Shown: in pieces, positions 26,417 to 39,284 of the stretch
Numbering within the stretch: position 1 is the first letter of the stretch
Layout of the letters: every line of letters begins with the position of its first letter
Source: Octopus bimaculoides
Taxonomy: Eukaryota
Direction: 5' to 3'
Length of the DNA stretch: 56,142 bases
NCBI RefSeq assembly: GCF_001194135.2
Contig: NC_068987.1
Coordinates: 23,633,051-23,689,192 of the forward strand
The notes under the pieces: generated by a model
Told to the model about the DNA's origin: nothing
What the model saw: only the letters and a program-made list of their open reading frames with translations
The model's database searches: none
Made by a program: the position numbers and the translations under genes

Positions 26417-26620
26417 GGCAGTGAGGTGGCAGAATCGTTAGCACACCTGACAAAATGCTTAGTGGCATTGCGTCTGTCTTTACATTCTGAGTTCAAATTC
26501 TGCTAAGGTTGACTTTGCCATTCATCCTTTTGGAGTTGATAAATTGAGTACTGAGGTCGATGAAATTGACTATCCTTTCTCTCCAAATTTCAAGCCTTGT
26601 GTTTATAGTAGAAAGAATTA
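26417..26620 (+). mobile_element. Same SINE family, copy 2 (head-to-tail with copy 1)
   Basis: GGCAGAATCGTTAGCAC..GAGTTCAAATTC..GACTTTGCCATTCATCCTTTTGGAGTTGATAAA. Other copies at ~23740-23910(+), ~40700-40860(-), ~49075-49270(+), 54046-54345(+). Confidence 0.75.
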
Positions 26621-26629
26621 TTAATATTA

Positions 26630-29600
26630 TTTTCATTATCATCTTCTTTTAATTCCGTTTCCATTTCTTGCCAAGTGTCTTCCTGATACCTAGGGCAGAG
26701 AAACACACTGTATACATTGGTAGGCCATTAAAATAAACACTCCAGGTTGTTCATTTACAAAGTCATGTGATAGAGAAAAAGGGGAAGAAAGACAGAGATA
26801 AAAAGGAAAAAGTTAAAAAATTTAAAAAGTAAACAAAGAAAATAAAGGGGGAAAAAGGGAGAGAAAATTCGCAGCGACAATGTTCATTTCAATATGTGTG
26901 ATGTACCAGTTAAGACAATCTTTTACACTTCCTGCATGAATGGTAAGACAGGGATCATTCTTAAATAATTTTCAGTTCCTTTTTGATCATTCCAAGTGCT
27001 CCTACAATCACTGGTATTGTAACCACTTTAAGATGCCACAACTTTTTGATTTCGATTAGCAAATCTTTATATTTTCTGAGCTTATCAAATTCTTTTGCTG
27101 AGATATTATGGTCACAGGGTATGCTTATGTCAATCAATAAACAGACTTTATTGTTTTGGTTTTTCACAACAATATCTGGTTTATTTGCTTTGATGGTCCG
27201 GTCTGTACAGACTGGAAAGTCCCAGGGAATCATTACATTTTCTCCCTCAGTTACAGCCGCAAGGTGGTAGTCGTACCATTTGTGAGCAGTTTTGATTTTA
27301 TAATGCCAACACATTATCCAATGTAGATATTGGCCAACTCTGTCATGTCTTGATTTGTACTCTACAGATGCTAAAACTTTACACCCAAAAATTAGCTGGT
27401 CCACTGTTTTTATCCCATCATTGCAGTAGCGGCACTTTGGGTTTACACCATTTTTCATCACATTGGCTTGATAGTTCCAGGTCAAGAAGCTTTGATCTTG
27501 AGCAGCCAAGATAAAGCCTTCACCTTCTGCCTTTAACCCTGAGCTCCATAACCACTGATGGGTGTGCTTCTGGTCTACATCAGCTTATTTGCTACAGGCC
27601 ACATACTTGCTATGCAGAGGTTTTTGTTCCCATCTATCAACCAAATGCTCAAACGTATTTTGCTTTGCAATTGACTTCACCTTCTTTGCAACTACAGTTG
27701 CTTCACTTCCATCATGCTGTTCAACCTGGGTATTATGCATAAATTCATTAGAAAATTTTTTGCTCTCCTTCATAACAGAATGAAGCTTCTTATGTCTTTC
27801 ATCATTTTCAACGAGTTTTAGCATCCAATCATTAGATGTTTCAAGATATTTTGCCAGTCCAATTGTGGTAGTTTTGTAAGAGATTTCAAATTGGACCAAG
27901 CCTCGACTTCCTTCAGCTCTGGGTAGGTAAAGGTGATCCGAGTCTACCTTTGGGTGGTGCATCTTATTGTAAGTCAGCAGCTTACAGATTTTCCTGTCAG
28001 TCTTCCTCATCTCACTCATATTCCAGTTCAACACATTGAAACTGTAAATAACAACTGGAATTTATAGCTAACATTTGTTACATGCATTTAACTTGGATTT
28101 TAGGACTGCTCAAGGTCTCCTGTAACATTCCTTCCTGATCTCCTCTTTCATGCTTGCATGCTGAATGCCAGTGCCCTCATTTATTCTGAGGTGTTTGTAA
28201 TTTTGTTCCTGCTCAAGTTCTTTTATGATTGTGTCAACATCCAACACCACTGAACATGAGGTCTTCAATTTCCCTTTCTGGAAAGGGAAATTGAAGACCT
28301 CATGTTCAGTGGTGTTGGATGTTGACACATTTATCAAGACCAAATTCCATCCTGATGTCATCACTGAATGCTTTCACAGTACGATATATTCCTTTAAGCT
28401 CATTATCGTCTTTACCATAGAGTTTTAAGTCATCCATATAAGATATATTATTTTCCTGTCACCAATTTTATATCCATACCCTGTTCTGTCAAGTTTACTT
28501 GTAAGGGATATTAGGGCTATGCAAAAAAATTAAAGGTGAAAGTGAGTCACCTTGGAAAATACCACAGTTGATATTAATATTTTTTGTGGTCAATACTCCA
28601 TTAGAGTGGTATAACTAGAGATTTGTATTCCACATTGACATGTACTTCAGAAAGTATGAAATCACAGGAGAAATTTTGAAGATATCCAGTGATTTCAACA
28701 TTCATGAATGTGGTATGCTGCCAGAGTCCTCTTTATAATTAATCTATGTGTAACTGAGATTTCTGCATTTGTTATGACAGTTCTCAAGCATCATGTGAAT
28801 GATTAAGAGTTGGTCTTCACATCCATATGTGCCTCGTTGGCACCCTTTTTGTTCAGTAGGGAAAATATCATTCTGTTCCATAAATTTGCATGTTTTCTCC
28901 ACAAGGACGGATGTCAAAGTTTTATACGTGGTAGATAGACATGTTATGGACTGATAGTTTTGGGGAAATTTGGTTTCATCATTCTTCGGGAATAGGTAAG
29001 TAATACCTCTTGCTAACCAATCAGGTGTTTCCATAGGATCTCTCATAATTTCATTGAACAACTGGACTAACTTTTCATGTGCAGATAGGAGTGATGCAAG
29101 TCAGAAATTTGACATCCTATCATTACCAGAGGATTTCCACTTATGTGCCTTCATGAGTTTGCTATTGTGATGTCTTCCTATGCTTGCTCTGGTAAGTTTT
29201 GGTAGGATCCTTCTGTGCATATAATCCAATCTGCATTTTCATTGTAAGCCTTTTCATTACTCCAGATATTTTTCCAAAAGTTTTCAACCTCTTTCATGGA
29301 AGGTGGGGTCTTCAACAGTTATTTTCTCCTTTCTTACTTCTCTGTAGAATGTTTCCGTATTGGATGTGAACAGCTTATTTTGCTAGTAAAACTTGTTTCT
29401 CTTCTCAAACCTTCGTATTATTTGAGCTTTTGTTTGGACTTTTTATTGCAGTGTTTCTTTTGCTGAAAGCAGTTCTTGGTGACAATCTGTTTTCTCTTCA
29501 TCCTTCTTCCTTTTATGGTTTTTACACCGTTTCCACAGATTAGTTCATTCAATATTGATATTTCATCCCTCATTATTTCAATCTCTTTTTCAATTTTACT

Positions 29601-30540
29601 TTTCCAGTTTTGGAATTCTTCTCAGGTTTGTATTTCTTTGTTTTTTCAGAGGCATACGACTGGTTTCAATTGTCTTAGCAGTAGCATAAATAATTTCGTT
29701 TAATTCAGTGAGATCTAGTTTTAGTGCTTGTATAATTTCTTTTGTCACATAGTTTCCAATTTTAATTTGTTTTCTATTTTGGATTGTATTTGAGAGTTTA
29801 TGAAGTGGTTCTCTATCTGCATATTGGTGTGTCTTCCAACTTCAAGCTTATTCAGGATTTTCTGCTTCATTTCTATCATAGACTCTCTATGTTCTTTGGT
29901 AAATGTGCAGTCTTCAAATATTGTTTCTTTAGTACTTTCCTCACTATCTTTATCAGGTTCATTACAATTTATTTCTTCAGACATTTGCATGTTCTGATCA
30001 GATGGCAGTCTTTCAATTGACACTCGTGGTGAGTTGCTCTCTTTGTCTGGTTCTTCATTTCCTTTTTGTCTTATATTTAGGCCATTTTATGCTGCGTATT
30101 TGATTGTGGTTATTTCACTATCTGTGAGTCTTTTATTTCTCAAGATTTCCCTCCTAACATATGCTAACTTGTTTTTGATCAAATATAGTTGGCTGTCTTG
30201 ATTTCAGGTTCTCCATATTTGATAAGAGTTTGCAATGTGTTTCTCTTCTGATGGCCTGCTTTATGCATAGTAATAGGCATATATTACTTCTGTATACTCT
30301 TCTCGGGTCCATTTGATCCTCTTACAATTTTCTTTCTGTGGTGGTGGACTTGGAGGGCTTGAGTTGGGGCAGTTCCCATCCAAGTGACCATCTAGGTTTG
30401 TATTCAGAGAAGAGTTTGTACCAGTGGATGACTTTTCAACCCCAGGCTGGCTCTCTCCTAGGGGATGTGCTTCCAGATTAACCATAGGACAAACGATTTG
30501 GTGTACTGTTGTAATTTTCCTTTTTGTTTCATAAGACATA
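26630..30540 (-). mobile_element. Near full-length, decayed R4/Dong-clade non-LTR retrotransposon (RT + CCHC + restriction-like endonuclease)
   Basis: Colinear broken ORFs on the - strand: N-terminal RIKWTREEY..IYAYYYA; RT PDWLARGITYLFPK...EQKGC, GIFQGDSLSPL and YMDDLKLYG (~28430); HLYLPRAEGSRGL; CRYC..DQLIFGC, RHDRVGQYLHW, KPDIVV..LIDISIP..KLRKY, VIVGALG. Followed by an A-rich 3' UTR ending in a TAA-like tract at ~26620-26640. Confidence 0.9.
28230..28329. repeat. Perfect palindrome: 49-bp arms, 2-nt spacer
   Basis: 28230-28278 is the exact reverse complement of 28281-28329 (checked base by base). Confidence 0.97.
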
Positions 30541-30879
30541 TTTGTGCTACATTAAAATTATTAGTATTGAGCCATGTGTGCCAGATGTAGAAATGGTTGT
30601 TGTCTCTGCCTCTATTGTCAACTCCACCATTAATATTGTTATAGTTACTTTAACCTTGCCATTACAGCATTGTTTTAACCTTGCCATTACAGCATTGTTC
30701 ATAGTTAGTTACCACCAATAGTGCCTTGGTTTGTATCGTTGTGGCTAATATTTGTAACCATGGCAACAGTATAACCGTTATTGAGACAACCAAAAGAGAG
30801 AGGGTATCTTAAAAGAATGCACCAGCAGAATGTGGAAAGGTGAGTTGTGTTCAGCATACACATACAGATGCAATACATA

Positions 30880-31116
30880 TTTTTAGTGTTGTATTCTGGG
30901 ATCACTTACAACATACACTCTCGTTCAGGTGACCTGACCTAGATTGATTAAACCTAGGCATGTAATCAAGCAAGCAGCATTCTACTGGCTCCATTGATCA
31001 CCTTTTTGGCCAGAGTTATCTAGATGCTTTCTCAGCAGCTTTTATGTTGTTCTTGATAGCTCTTCTTTTGCTCATTCCTGTAATGCCCAATGTCTCATAG
31101 CCCTTTTTCAGAGCAT
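30880..31116 (-). mobile_element. 3' end of a HERO-like RLE non-LTR retrotransposon
   Basis: The - strand reads LGITGMSKRRAIKNNIKAAEKASR*LWPK.GDQW, resembling the HERO C-terminus AAEKASRWLWxKR as I recall it, followed by a UTR with GGTCACCTGAACGAGAGTGTATG. Clade call is from memory. Confidence 0.55.
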
Positions 31117-32095
31117 GGTGGCCAGATAAGATGTTCAACTTCACTAGAATGTTCCATGTGCCATTCAGTAACAACTTTAGCTGGGTGAATTGGTGCATTA
31201 TCATCCTGAAAGATTGGCGTTTCCCTCCAGAAACAGTTCCGCAACCATAGGATGAATTTGATCAGATAAAATGCTTAAATAGTCTGTCAGGAAGAGAAAC
31301 CACTGGGCTGGTGAATTTCCAAGATATAGCCCCCCCACCACCAGATCATCACAGATCCTCCTCCATGTTTAACAGTTGGAAGAAGGCAGTCTGGGTCAAA
31401 TGCTTCTTTTGGCTGTCTCCACATGTATATTCGACCAGTGGTCAGAAATAAGGTAAAGGATGACTCATTCTTCCACTGTTCTAGGGACCAATTCTGTAGT
31501 TTTTACCCCACTCTAAACACTTTGCAATGTTTGTTTTTGAAAGTAGTAGTTTTCTGATTGCAACCCTCCCGTGAAATCTGGCTTTGTGCAGCTCCCAGCG
31601 AACAGCTTTTGTGGAAACTGGGTTCTTGAGGTTTTCATTAAACTCTGTAGTAATTTTGGGAGCTGTACTTTTGTGATCCTTTCTAACAATTCGTGTAAGA
31701 GTCCGACAGTACGTATCTGAAAGTTTTGGTTTTCTTCCGGAGTTTTGTTTTGACGAGGAGGTTTTTCCCTCTTTCTCAAAGGCTGTCATTACTTTCGAGA
31801 CAGTACTTCTTGATACACCAAACATTTCAGCTGTTTTCATTATGCTAGCGCCTACCATAAGATCACCACCAATTTGACATCTTTGAAAGTCTGATAGATC
31901 TTTCATTTTAATGAATTTTAGTTACCTTTTTCTGATGATATCTAAAAAGAAACAGCAATTTTAGCAAAACATATTAAGCAACACTAATAATAAATCAAAA
32001 AACATAAAAATAAACAAGCTTTTGGTGGTTTTATAGATATTTCAAAATTATGATGCTATGATGCTAAGTGTTTCCATTATTTTGTCCAACTCCTG
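31117..32095 (-). mobile_element. Tc1-like DNA transposon, 3'-truncated and decayed
   Basis: TIR CAGGAGTTGGACAAAATAATGGAAACAC at 32095 after TA; transposase N-terminus MKDLSDFQR..FGVSRSTVSKV..SGRKPKLS..STKAVRWELHK..GRVAIRK; QDDNAPIH..HLIWPP just before the junction at 31117. Confidence 0.9.
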
Positions 32096-32103
32096 TATAT
32101 ATA

Positions 32104-32973
32104 CATGGTCTGATCAATAAGTATCTAGACTGTTACCATAGTAACAAAGCTAAAGCACACAGAGTGAAGCTGCTTGGCACAGATAGACCTTAAACTCTGC
32201 TGTGCATGTGCACTAAATTTCACGCTGTTTACAGCAATGTTTGGAAGGAATGTGTGTAGCATGTGATTGTCACATTGACTATGACAGAGAAAGTGGAGCA
32301 GAGAATCTGCACCAAATTTTGCCAAAAGCTTAGCAATACCTGCTCAGAGACCTATACAAGGTTTTCAAAATGTTTTCATCATTTTCAACATAATCAGGGA
32401 GATCTTGTACAACTGAAACCTGAGTGTCTATTTGGTCAGCTGAAAGCAGTTTTGGCACAAACTTGGCAGACCCGCATCTCATACTCAAATCTTTAGTGAT
32501 AATGGAATGAACTGAATTGTAATTATTCTGCACTTCCTCTGATAACTCACAGATGGGGATTCAATGATCTCCCCTCACAGCTGCATGCACATCTGCGATG
32601 TTTTTCTCAGTTCTCCTGGTTGTGGGTCTCCTAGAATGTTTGTCAATACCGATATTTTTTCAGCTATCTTGAAAATGTCTGAACACTCATACAGTTGTGT
32701 GTGGTTTATACACTCATCTCCATAGACTTTCTGCAACTTTGCACAGGCCTCTGAGCAGGTATTGCCATGACATCTTTCTCTGTCATGGTCAATGCGATGA
32801 TCACATGCTACACACGTTCCTTCCAAGCATTACTATAAACAGCAGAGGTGAGATAGAACATTAAAACTTAGTGCACAAGCACAGCAGTGTTCAAGGTAAA
32901 TCTTCACCAAGCAGCTTCACTGTGTGTGCTTTAGTGTGTGGCAACAGTCTGGATATTTATTTATCAGACCTTG
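32104..32973. mobile_element. Mariner-derived fold-back element with two inverted 5' ends
   Basis: TA-flanked TIRs CATGGTCTGATCAATAAGTATCTAGACTG / CAGTCTGGATATTTATTTATCAGACCTTG. The + strand encodes MTEKVEQRICTKFCQKLSNTCSETY; the - strand encodes the same N-terminus continuing to AKFVPKLLSADQ..ENDENILKT. Confidence 0.9.
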
Positions 32974-32981
32974 TATATATA

Positions 32982-33017
<36 letters not shown>

Positions 33018-35867
33018 TGTATGTATGTATGTATGTATGTGTGTGTGTGTGTGTATGTGTGTATGTATGTATGTATGTATGTATGTATGTATGTATATAT
33101 ATATTTCAAGGCCATTGCTGGTTATGTGAGTGATTTGGTAGACAGAAACTAAAGGAAGCCTGTGATATGTGCATGTGTGTATGTGTATGTGTCTTCATGT
33201 CTGTGTTTGTCCCCTACCACCTCTTGACAACCAGTATTGGCACATTTACAGCCTCATAACTTAGTGGTTTGGTGAAAGAGACTGATAGAATAAGTACTAA
33301 GCTTAAAAAAATTCCTTTGACTAAAATTCTTCAAAGCTGTGCCCCAGCATGACCACAATCTAATGACTGAAATAAGTAAAAGATAAAAGATACAAACATT
33401 GTCACTATCTTTCCAAATCCTGCTGCATTTCACACAGAACTTTTAGTCTTCCAAATTCATTTTGGTATATAAGTTGACCTATCTGTTTTGATTGTAAATT
33501 TTTGCTTGAAAAATTCAACTTGTATGCCAGAAAATATGATATATGTCTATATGACGTCCATTTGTTTAATTTGGGTTTTTTTTTTTCATACTGGCAATGG
33601 TTAGATGAATATTCTATTAAGACATTTTTTTCACAGCTAGATGCCTTTCCTGTCACATTTCTTTTTCAAGTAAAGGATTTCTTATTTCGCACATCTTTGA
33701 AGGTGCTAAGGTAGAAAATGATTTATTGACAGGGGAAATGCCAACAATGTCACCACTTGTAGCTCAGCAAAGCAAACTGACCCCTTTTGATGATAAGAAT
33801 TCAGTTGATTGATCAATCAAGATACCTATTCATCAAATTAGCATGAAAGTGGTTGAGTATTAAACAAATACATGTAACTTCAATGTTATTCTCATGCAGA
33901 ATCAGTTTGGTATCGCTCGAGCTTTGAATTATGGGTTCAATCCATCTTAAAGTCTTTCTCAGTTTCTGTCATTCCAGTTCTACTCACAAGGCTTGAGTCA
34001 ACCAAAGCTATGGTAATAGACATTTGTCCAAGATATCATGTGGTTGAAGTGAACTTGTAATGTTATGATTGTTAAACAAGCTTTTTAACCATTCAGCCAT
34101 GCTGCCTACATACAAAAGTTTATTGAAACTTCTTTTAAAGATTGTTTCCCATATAACCAACAAAAGAACCTCTGGCTGGTCATTTGATGCACTAGAAATA
34201 GATGCCAGATCTCCTACAAATCACACCATACCATATTGATAATGGGAGGACATATTGGATAACGTAACTTTAGGCGCTTGCTTTTAGCACCAAATGAAAA
34301 TTGGGAATGGTCATTGTTGGAACAGTTTTGATTTATCTTTCAGTTAAGAGAGAATAGAGCACTCCTGACCCTTTTGTAGTGATTCTGAGACTAATAAGAT
34401 GGAGGGAGGAAGATACCCTCAAACTGGAGATCTGGCTCAAATATTTGCAAGAGAACCATTTTTTTTTTTTTAGCAGAGGCACCCAAGATGCCAAATGGTA
34501 GATAATGGTTTTAGGGAGATATGAGTGTTATTTCTAACAACTACATTGAAACTTTCCTCTTCAAGTGGTAAATATTTGTTCTTGTGTCTACTTGTATATC
34601 CACCTAGAATCAGTTAAGCTGGCTCTGATCAATTAATCCATGGCATCATAAACAAAACTGGTCACATCTGGCAATAACAGACATCCAACATGATCACTCT
34701 ATCACAGTTTCAATAGCCAGATATAAGGACCAGATATTGATTCAAGCTATGACTTGATCATGTTTATGGCTGCCTACTTCATTGTTCAAGCTATCCCAAG
34801 AGGGGCTTTGATTTGATTACTTCACAAATGAGTTCGCACAAACTTGTCCTTCTCTTGGTCATTAAATGTATGGAACTACTTAATCCAATACATTCTGCCT
34901 TTTTGAAGTTGGTAGGGTGTAATTAAAGGAAAAGTTGGCTGCTATTTCTAACAGGTCTTGAGCAACCACATAGATTTTATTAGTCAACATAACTGTCACC
35001 ATGAGAGAATGTCTTTACACAGTCATTCAACCTACTAAAATTAGCAGCAAAACCTCCTTCAAATCATACCCTTAGTAAAGAAAATCGCATTAAGTATTAC
35101 AGGTCCTAATGTCTTGTGCCAAGGAAAGAAACAGGATTGTTATAACTGAAATATCATTGGTCATACAGCTGCAGTTTACAAGGCTGGTTTAGTCCTAAGC
35201 AACTCTAACACTGAATATACTTTGTTGCTTGATATTGCTGTTATTGTTGTTGCAATAGTGGTGTATATTATGGAATGTTGTTTGATGTTGATCTTCCATG
35301 TTCTTTGATTTTTTTTCTTCTTTTCCTTTACTTTTGGTTTTTTTTTTTTTACTGGTCATCAAGAATTTTTGAGTCAATTTTTATCATTCTAGCATGAATG
35401 AATTCTCCAGATCTAACCACATGAAACTTGGCACCAGTTGTCTGAGTTCTTTTTTCATTTTTCCTGTTGTATTTTTGTTTATGATGTTATGCTTTTTAAC
35501 ACTTTCACAGTTAGTGTTGTCAAGCATAAACAGATTCAATAACTTTATACCTTAAGCAGTCACGATTATACAAGTGTCGTCTATTTAACAATTATCTATG
35601 GCCTTCCCAAATGATTTTAAATGAAACAGCAAATGTTTATTTGAACTTCAATCAAAAGATTTTTGACAAAGCAAAATGTTTACCATAGCGAAAGGTTTTT
35701 TTTATTATTTATTTTAGGTTTGATTTTGGTGGGGGTTGCTCTTGGTGTTTTTATTGTTGTTGGGGTATTAGTTTGGTACAAATAGCAAATTCAAAGAAAA
35801 TCACACAAAATTTGTATTGTCATCATCAACATTTAACATCCGTTTTCCATGAGGGCAGAGATGAGAC

Positions 35868-35929
<62 letters not shown>

Positions 35930-36471
35930 TGCATATACATACATATATATATATATGTATACACAATCATACAAAAAAACCACCTTTTTTGTATTTATTT
36001 TTACTCGCATATATATATCATCATCATCATCATCATTGTCATCGTCATCAGTACATTGTCNNNNNNNNNNNNNNNNNNNNNNNNNNNNNNNNNNNNNNNN
36101 NNNNNNNNNNNNNNNNNNNNNNNNNNNNNNNNNNNNNNNNNNNNNNNNNNNNNNNNNNNNNNNNNNNNNNNNNNNNNNNNNNNNNNNNNNNNNNNNNNNN
36201 NNNNNNNNNNNNNNNNNNNNNNNNNNNNNNNNNNNNNNNNNNNNNNNNNNNNNNNNNNNNNNNNNNNNNNNNNNNNNNNNNNNNNNNNNNNNNNNNNNNN
36301 NNNNNNNNNNNNNNNNNNNNNNNNNNNNNNNNNNNNNNNNNNNNNNNNNNNNNNNNNNNNNNNNNNNNNNNNNNNNNNNCACCCCTAGGGGTCAGCCACA
36401 CTTAAGTGGCAATATACTACACTTTATCGTGCAGTTACTGTTAATACTTCATTTAGAGAATTAACATTGCT

Positions 36472-36513
<42 letters not shown>

Positions 36514-37107
36514 ATTAAAAAGCAATGTAATAATACATTACGAAGGATATATCATAAACAATAATTATATAATTATTTATGAATATATCAATGGCCAAAC
36601 ATGTAATCATAAATTACATAAAAGAAGAGTCTGTAATTATGAAGAAATCACAATTATAATGGAGATGGTTGCAAAAACCCTTACATGTTTGAATAATAGT
36701 GGCTTTATAGTGGTCTTTGACTACTATTTCTAAACATGTAAGGGTTTTTGCAACCCTCTCCGTTATAAATTACTCTATTTTAGTTATATATATGTGGGTA
36801 TGTATGTATATATGTATACATGCATATCTGTGTGTATATACATATATATTCTTTTACCTTTTTCAGTCATTTGGCTGTGGCCATGCTAGGGCACCACCTT
36901 AAAGGGTTTTAGTCGAATAAATTGACCTCAGGATTTATTCTTTGTAAGCCTAGTACTTATTCTATTGGTATCTTTTGCCAAACCACTAAGTTATCAAGGC
37001 ATAAACATACTAGCATCGATTGTCAAGTGATGGTGGGGGAACAAACACAGACACAAAGACACACACACGCACATAAATACATACATACATACATGCATAC
37101 ATACATA

Positions 37108-37162
<55 letters not shown>

Positions 37163-37691
37163 TGTAATGTGGTTTTACTTATATATGTATATATATATAT
37201 ACATATATTACTCACAGAGACACACCTACGTGTATACATATTGAACCTTTTTTTGTAAATGTTTATAGCTATGTACTCTACTAAAAAGTATTGAGTAATT
37301 CTTCAGTTTAATGTTAAACTGTTTTTATATATAACTTAACATATATAACAAACATTATTATCTATCTACANNNNNNNNNNNNNNNNNNNNNNNNNNNNNN
37401 NNNNNNNNNNNNNNNNNNNNNNNNNNNNNNNNNNNNNNNNNNNNNNNNNNNNNNNNNNNNNNNNNNNNNNNNNNNNNNNNNNNNNNNNNNNNNNNNNNNN
37501 NNNNNNNNNNNNNNNNNNNNNNNNNNNNNNNNNNNNNNNNNNNNNNNNNNNNNNNNNNNNNNNNNNNNNNNNNNNNNNNNNNNNNNNNNNNNNNNNNNNN
37601 NNNNNNNNNNNNNNNNNNNNNNNNNNNNNCACATAAATACATACATACATACATGCATACATACATACACACATACACACACACACACATA

Positions 37692-37911
37692 CGAGGGGGG
37701 TACCCAAAAGAAACTGGAATTTTGCAATGTTATTTTATTCACTTAGTTTAACAAGTTTACACTTTTATTGCCTTCAAAATATTCTCCATTTGAAGCAATG
37801 CACAAGTCCAGGCATGTTTTTCACTCTTCGAAGCAGTGACAAACCTCTTGCTAAGTGATGCCTTTTAATGCCTCTGTTGTTTTTTTTCTTCACCTCTTCC
37901 ACATTTGCAAA
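37692..37911 (-). mobile_element. Mariner 3' end (TIR + transposase C-terminus)
   Basis: TA|CGAGGGGGGTACCCAAAAGAAACTGGAAT TIR; the - strand reads FANVEEVKKK..CIASNGEYFEG. Confidence 0.8.
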
Positions 37912-38798
37912 TTCCATAGTACCATCCAAACCTCTTGCCCATGACTATTTTCTGGAGCTGCTTCACCTGATTCACACAAAGGTGATTATACTATCTAATT
38001 AAATAATATCAACACGACCTGTATAACATTCCATACTGCTAATCATTAAACTACTCCCTACTGCTGGCTTCCTTTGATATCTGATCTGGTATTTCCACTA
38101 ACTCCATACTAGGTATACTTTATTATATAATCGCATCTTTCTTTAAACTTCTTAATGATAAGTAATACTCTACTATTACACTACAATTCTGTAAAAGTTA
38201 GATCTTATTATTCAGTTGACTTCGTATCCTCCCCTAACTTTCAACCAATATCCACAGAATACCCCTAAATTTTGTGTATTTGTGCCCCCTCCTTTGTACT
38301 TTAGCCTTAGCTAACATATCCTAAATCCTGACCCTTTGCCTAATTGGCTTGTATGTTTTATTTTTCTTCACCCTTACTTTTGTTTTATTTTTTCTTTCTT
38401 TTTTTTATCCTTAATATATATATTAGGCCCTCTCCTTGCTCCCCACTGCTCTAAACCTACTATAATAAAATATCACTTACACTCCACTCCAACCTACCTA
38501 TGAACCAATCTAGCAAACTCCTATCTTACCCAGATCGCTGGCCTTAGATATACTACAGACTTTCAAGGACTATATTCTTAACCTTAACAACTAGCTTTGC
38601 TGGTCATTCTCTCATTTCATAGTCGGCCTCAACAGACTTCAGCCACGCCCCTGCTGTATCCTTGAGATATTCTTTTGTTTGTAAAATTACGTTCCATCTG
38701 ATGATCACAGTTTTTTTTTGTAATGGAGCAATGTTCTCATTCTTCTATTAAAAAGATACATAAGAAACAGCTGCAATGCACTGACAATTATTCATTTG

Positions 38799-38905
<107 letters not shown>

Positions 38906-39284
38906 TATATTTATGAAGAAAACAGAAAATGGAGAAGTACTGATTAACAAAAACTGAATTACATCAATCATTTATCATTTTGAATTATCATTTGAATTAT
39001 CATTTATGTATTCAGTGCAAATAGACTGCATCCTATCTAACAGCTGTTTCTGCTTCAAATGTTATATGGTATTACCATTAATATTCGAAATATGTAAACT
39101 CCAACCAGTCCATACTGAACAGAATGGCTGCATTTTTAACCACGGAATCTTTTGCACTACAGGTTTTTCCCTCAAATGTGATATCACTCCACATTTCGCC
39201 TGCAAAGTGTAGTTTTTCATGTCATACCTAGTGCAATTTTTGATGTTTTTCTTAATGCAGGTTTACCAATTCTTTTCCATGTGT

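Noticed and set aside
28110-28428. Two opposite-strand ORFs with nearly the same peptide
   Set aside because: A by-product of the perfect palindrome in the R4/Dong RT, not a gene pair.
37069-37690. ~55-bp direct duplicate on both sides of the 37371-37629 gap
   Set aside because: Mostly (CATA/CA)n microsatellite at a gap edge; likely an artefact or slippage.
38000-38660. G-poor stretch resembling a NUMT
   Set aside because: No recognisable mitochondrial gene, rRNA or tRNA sequence found.
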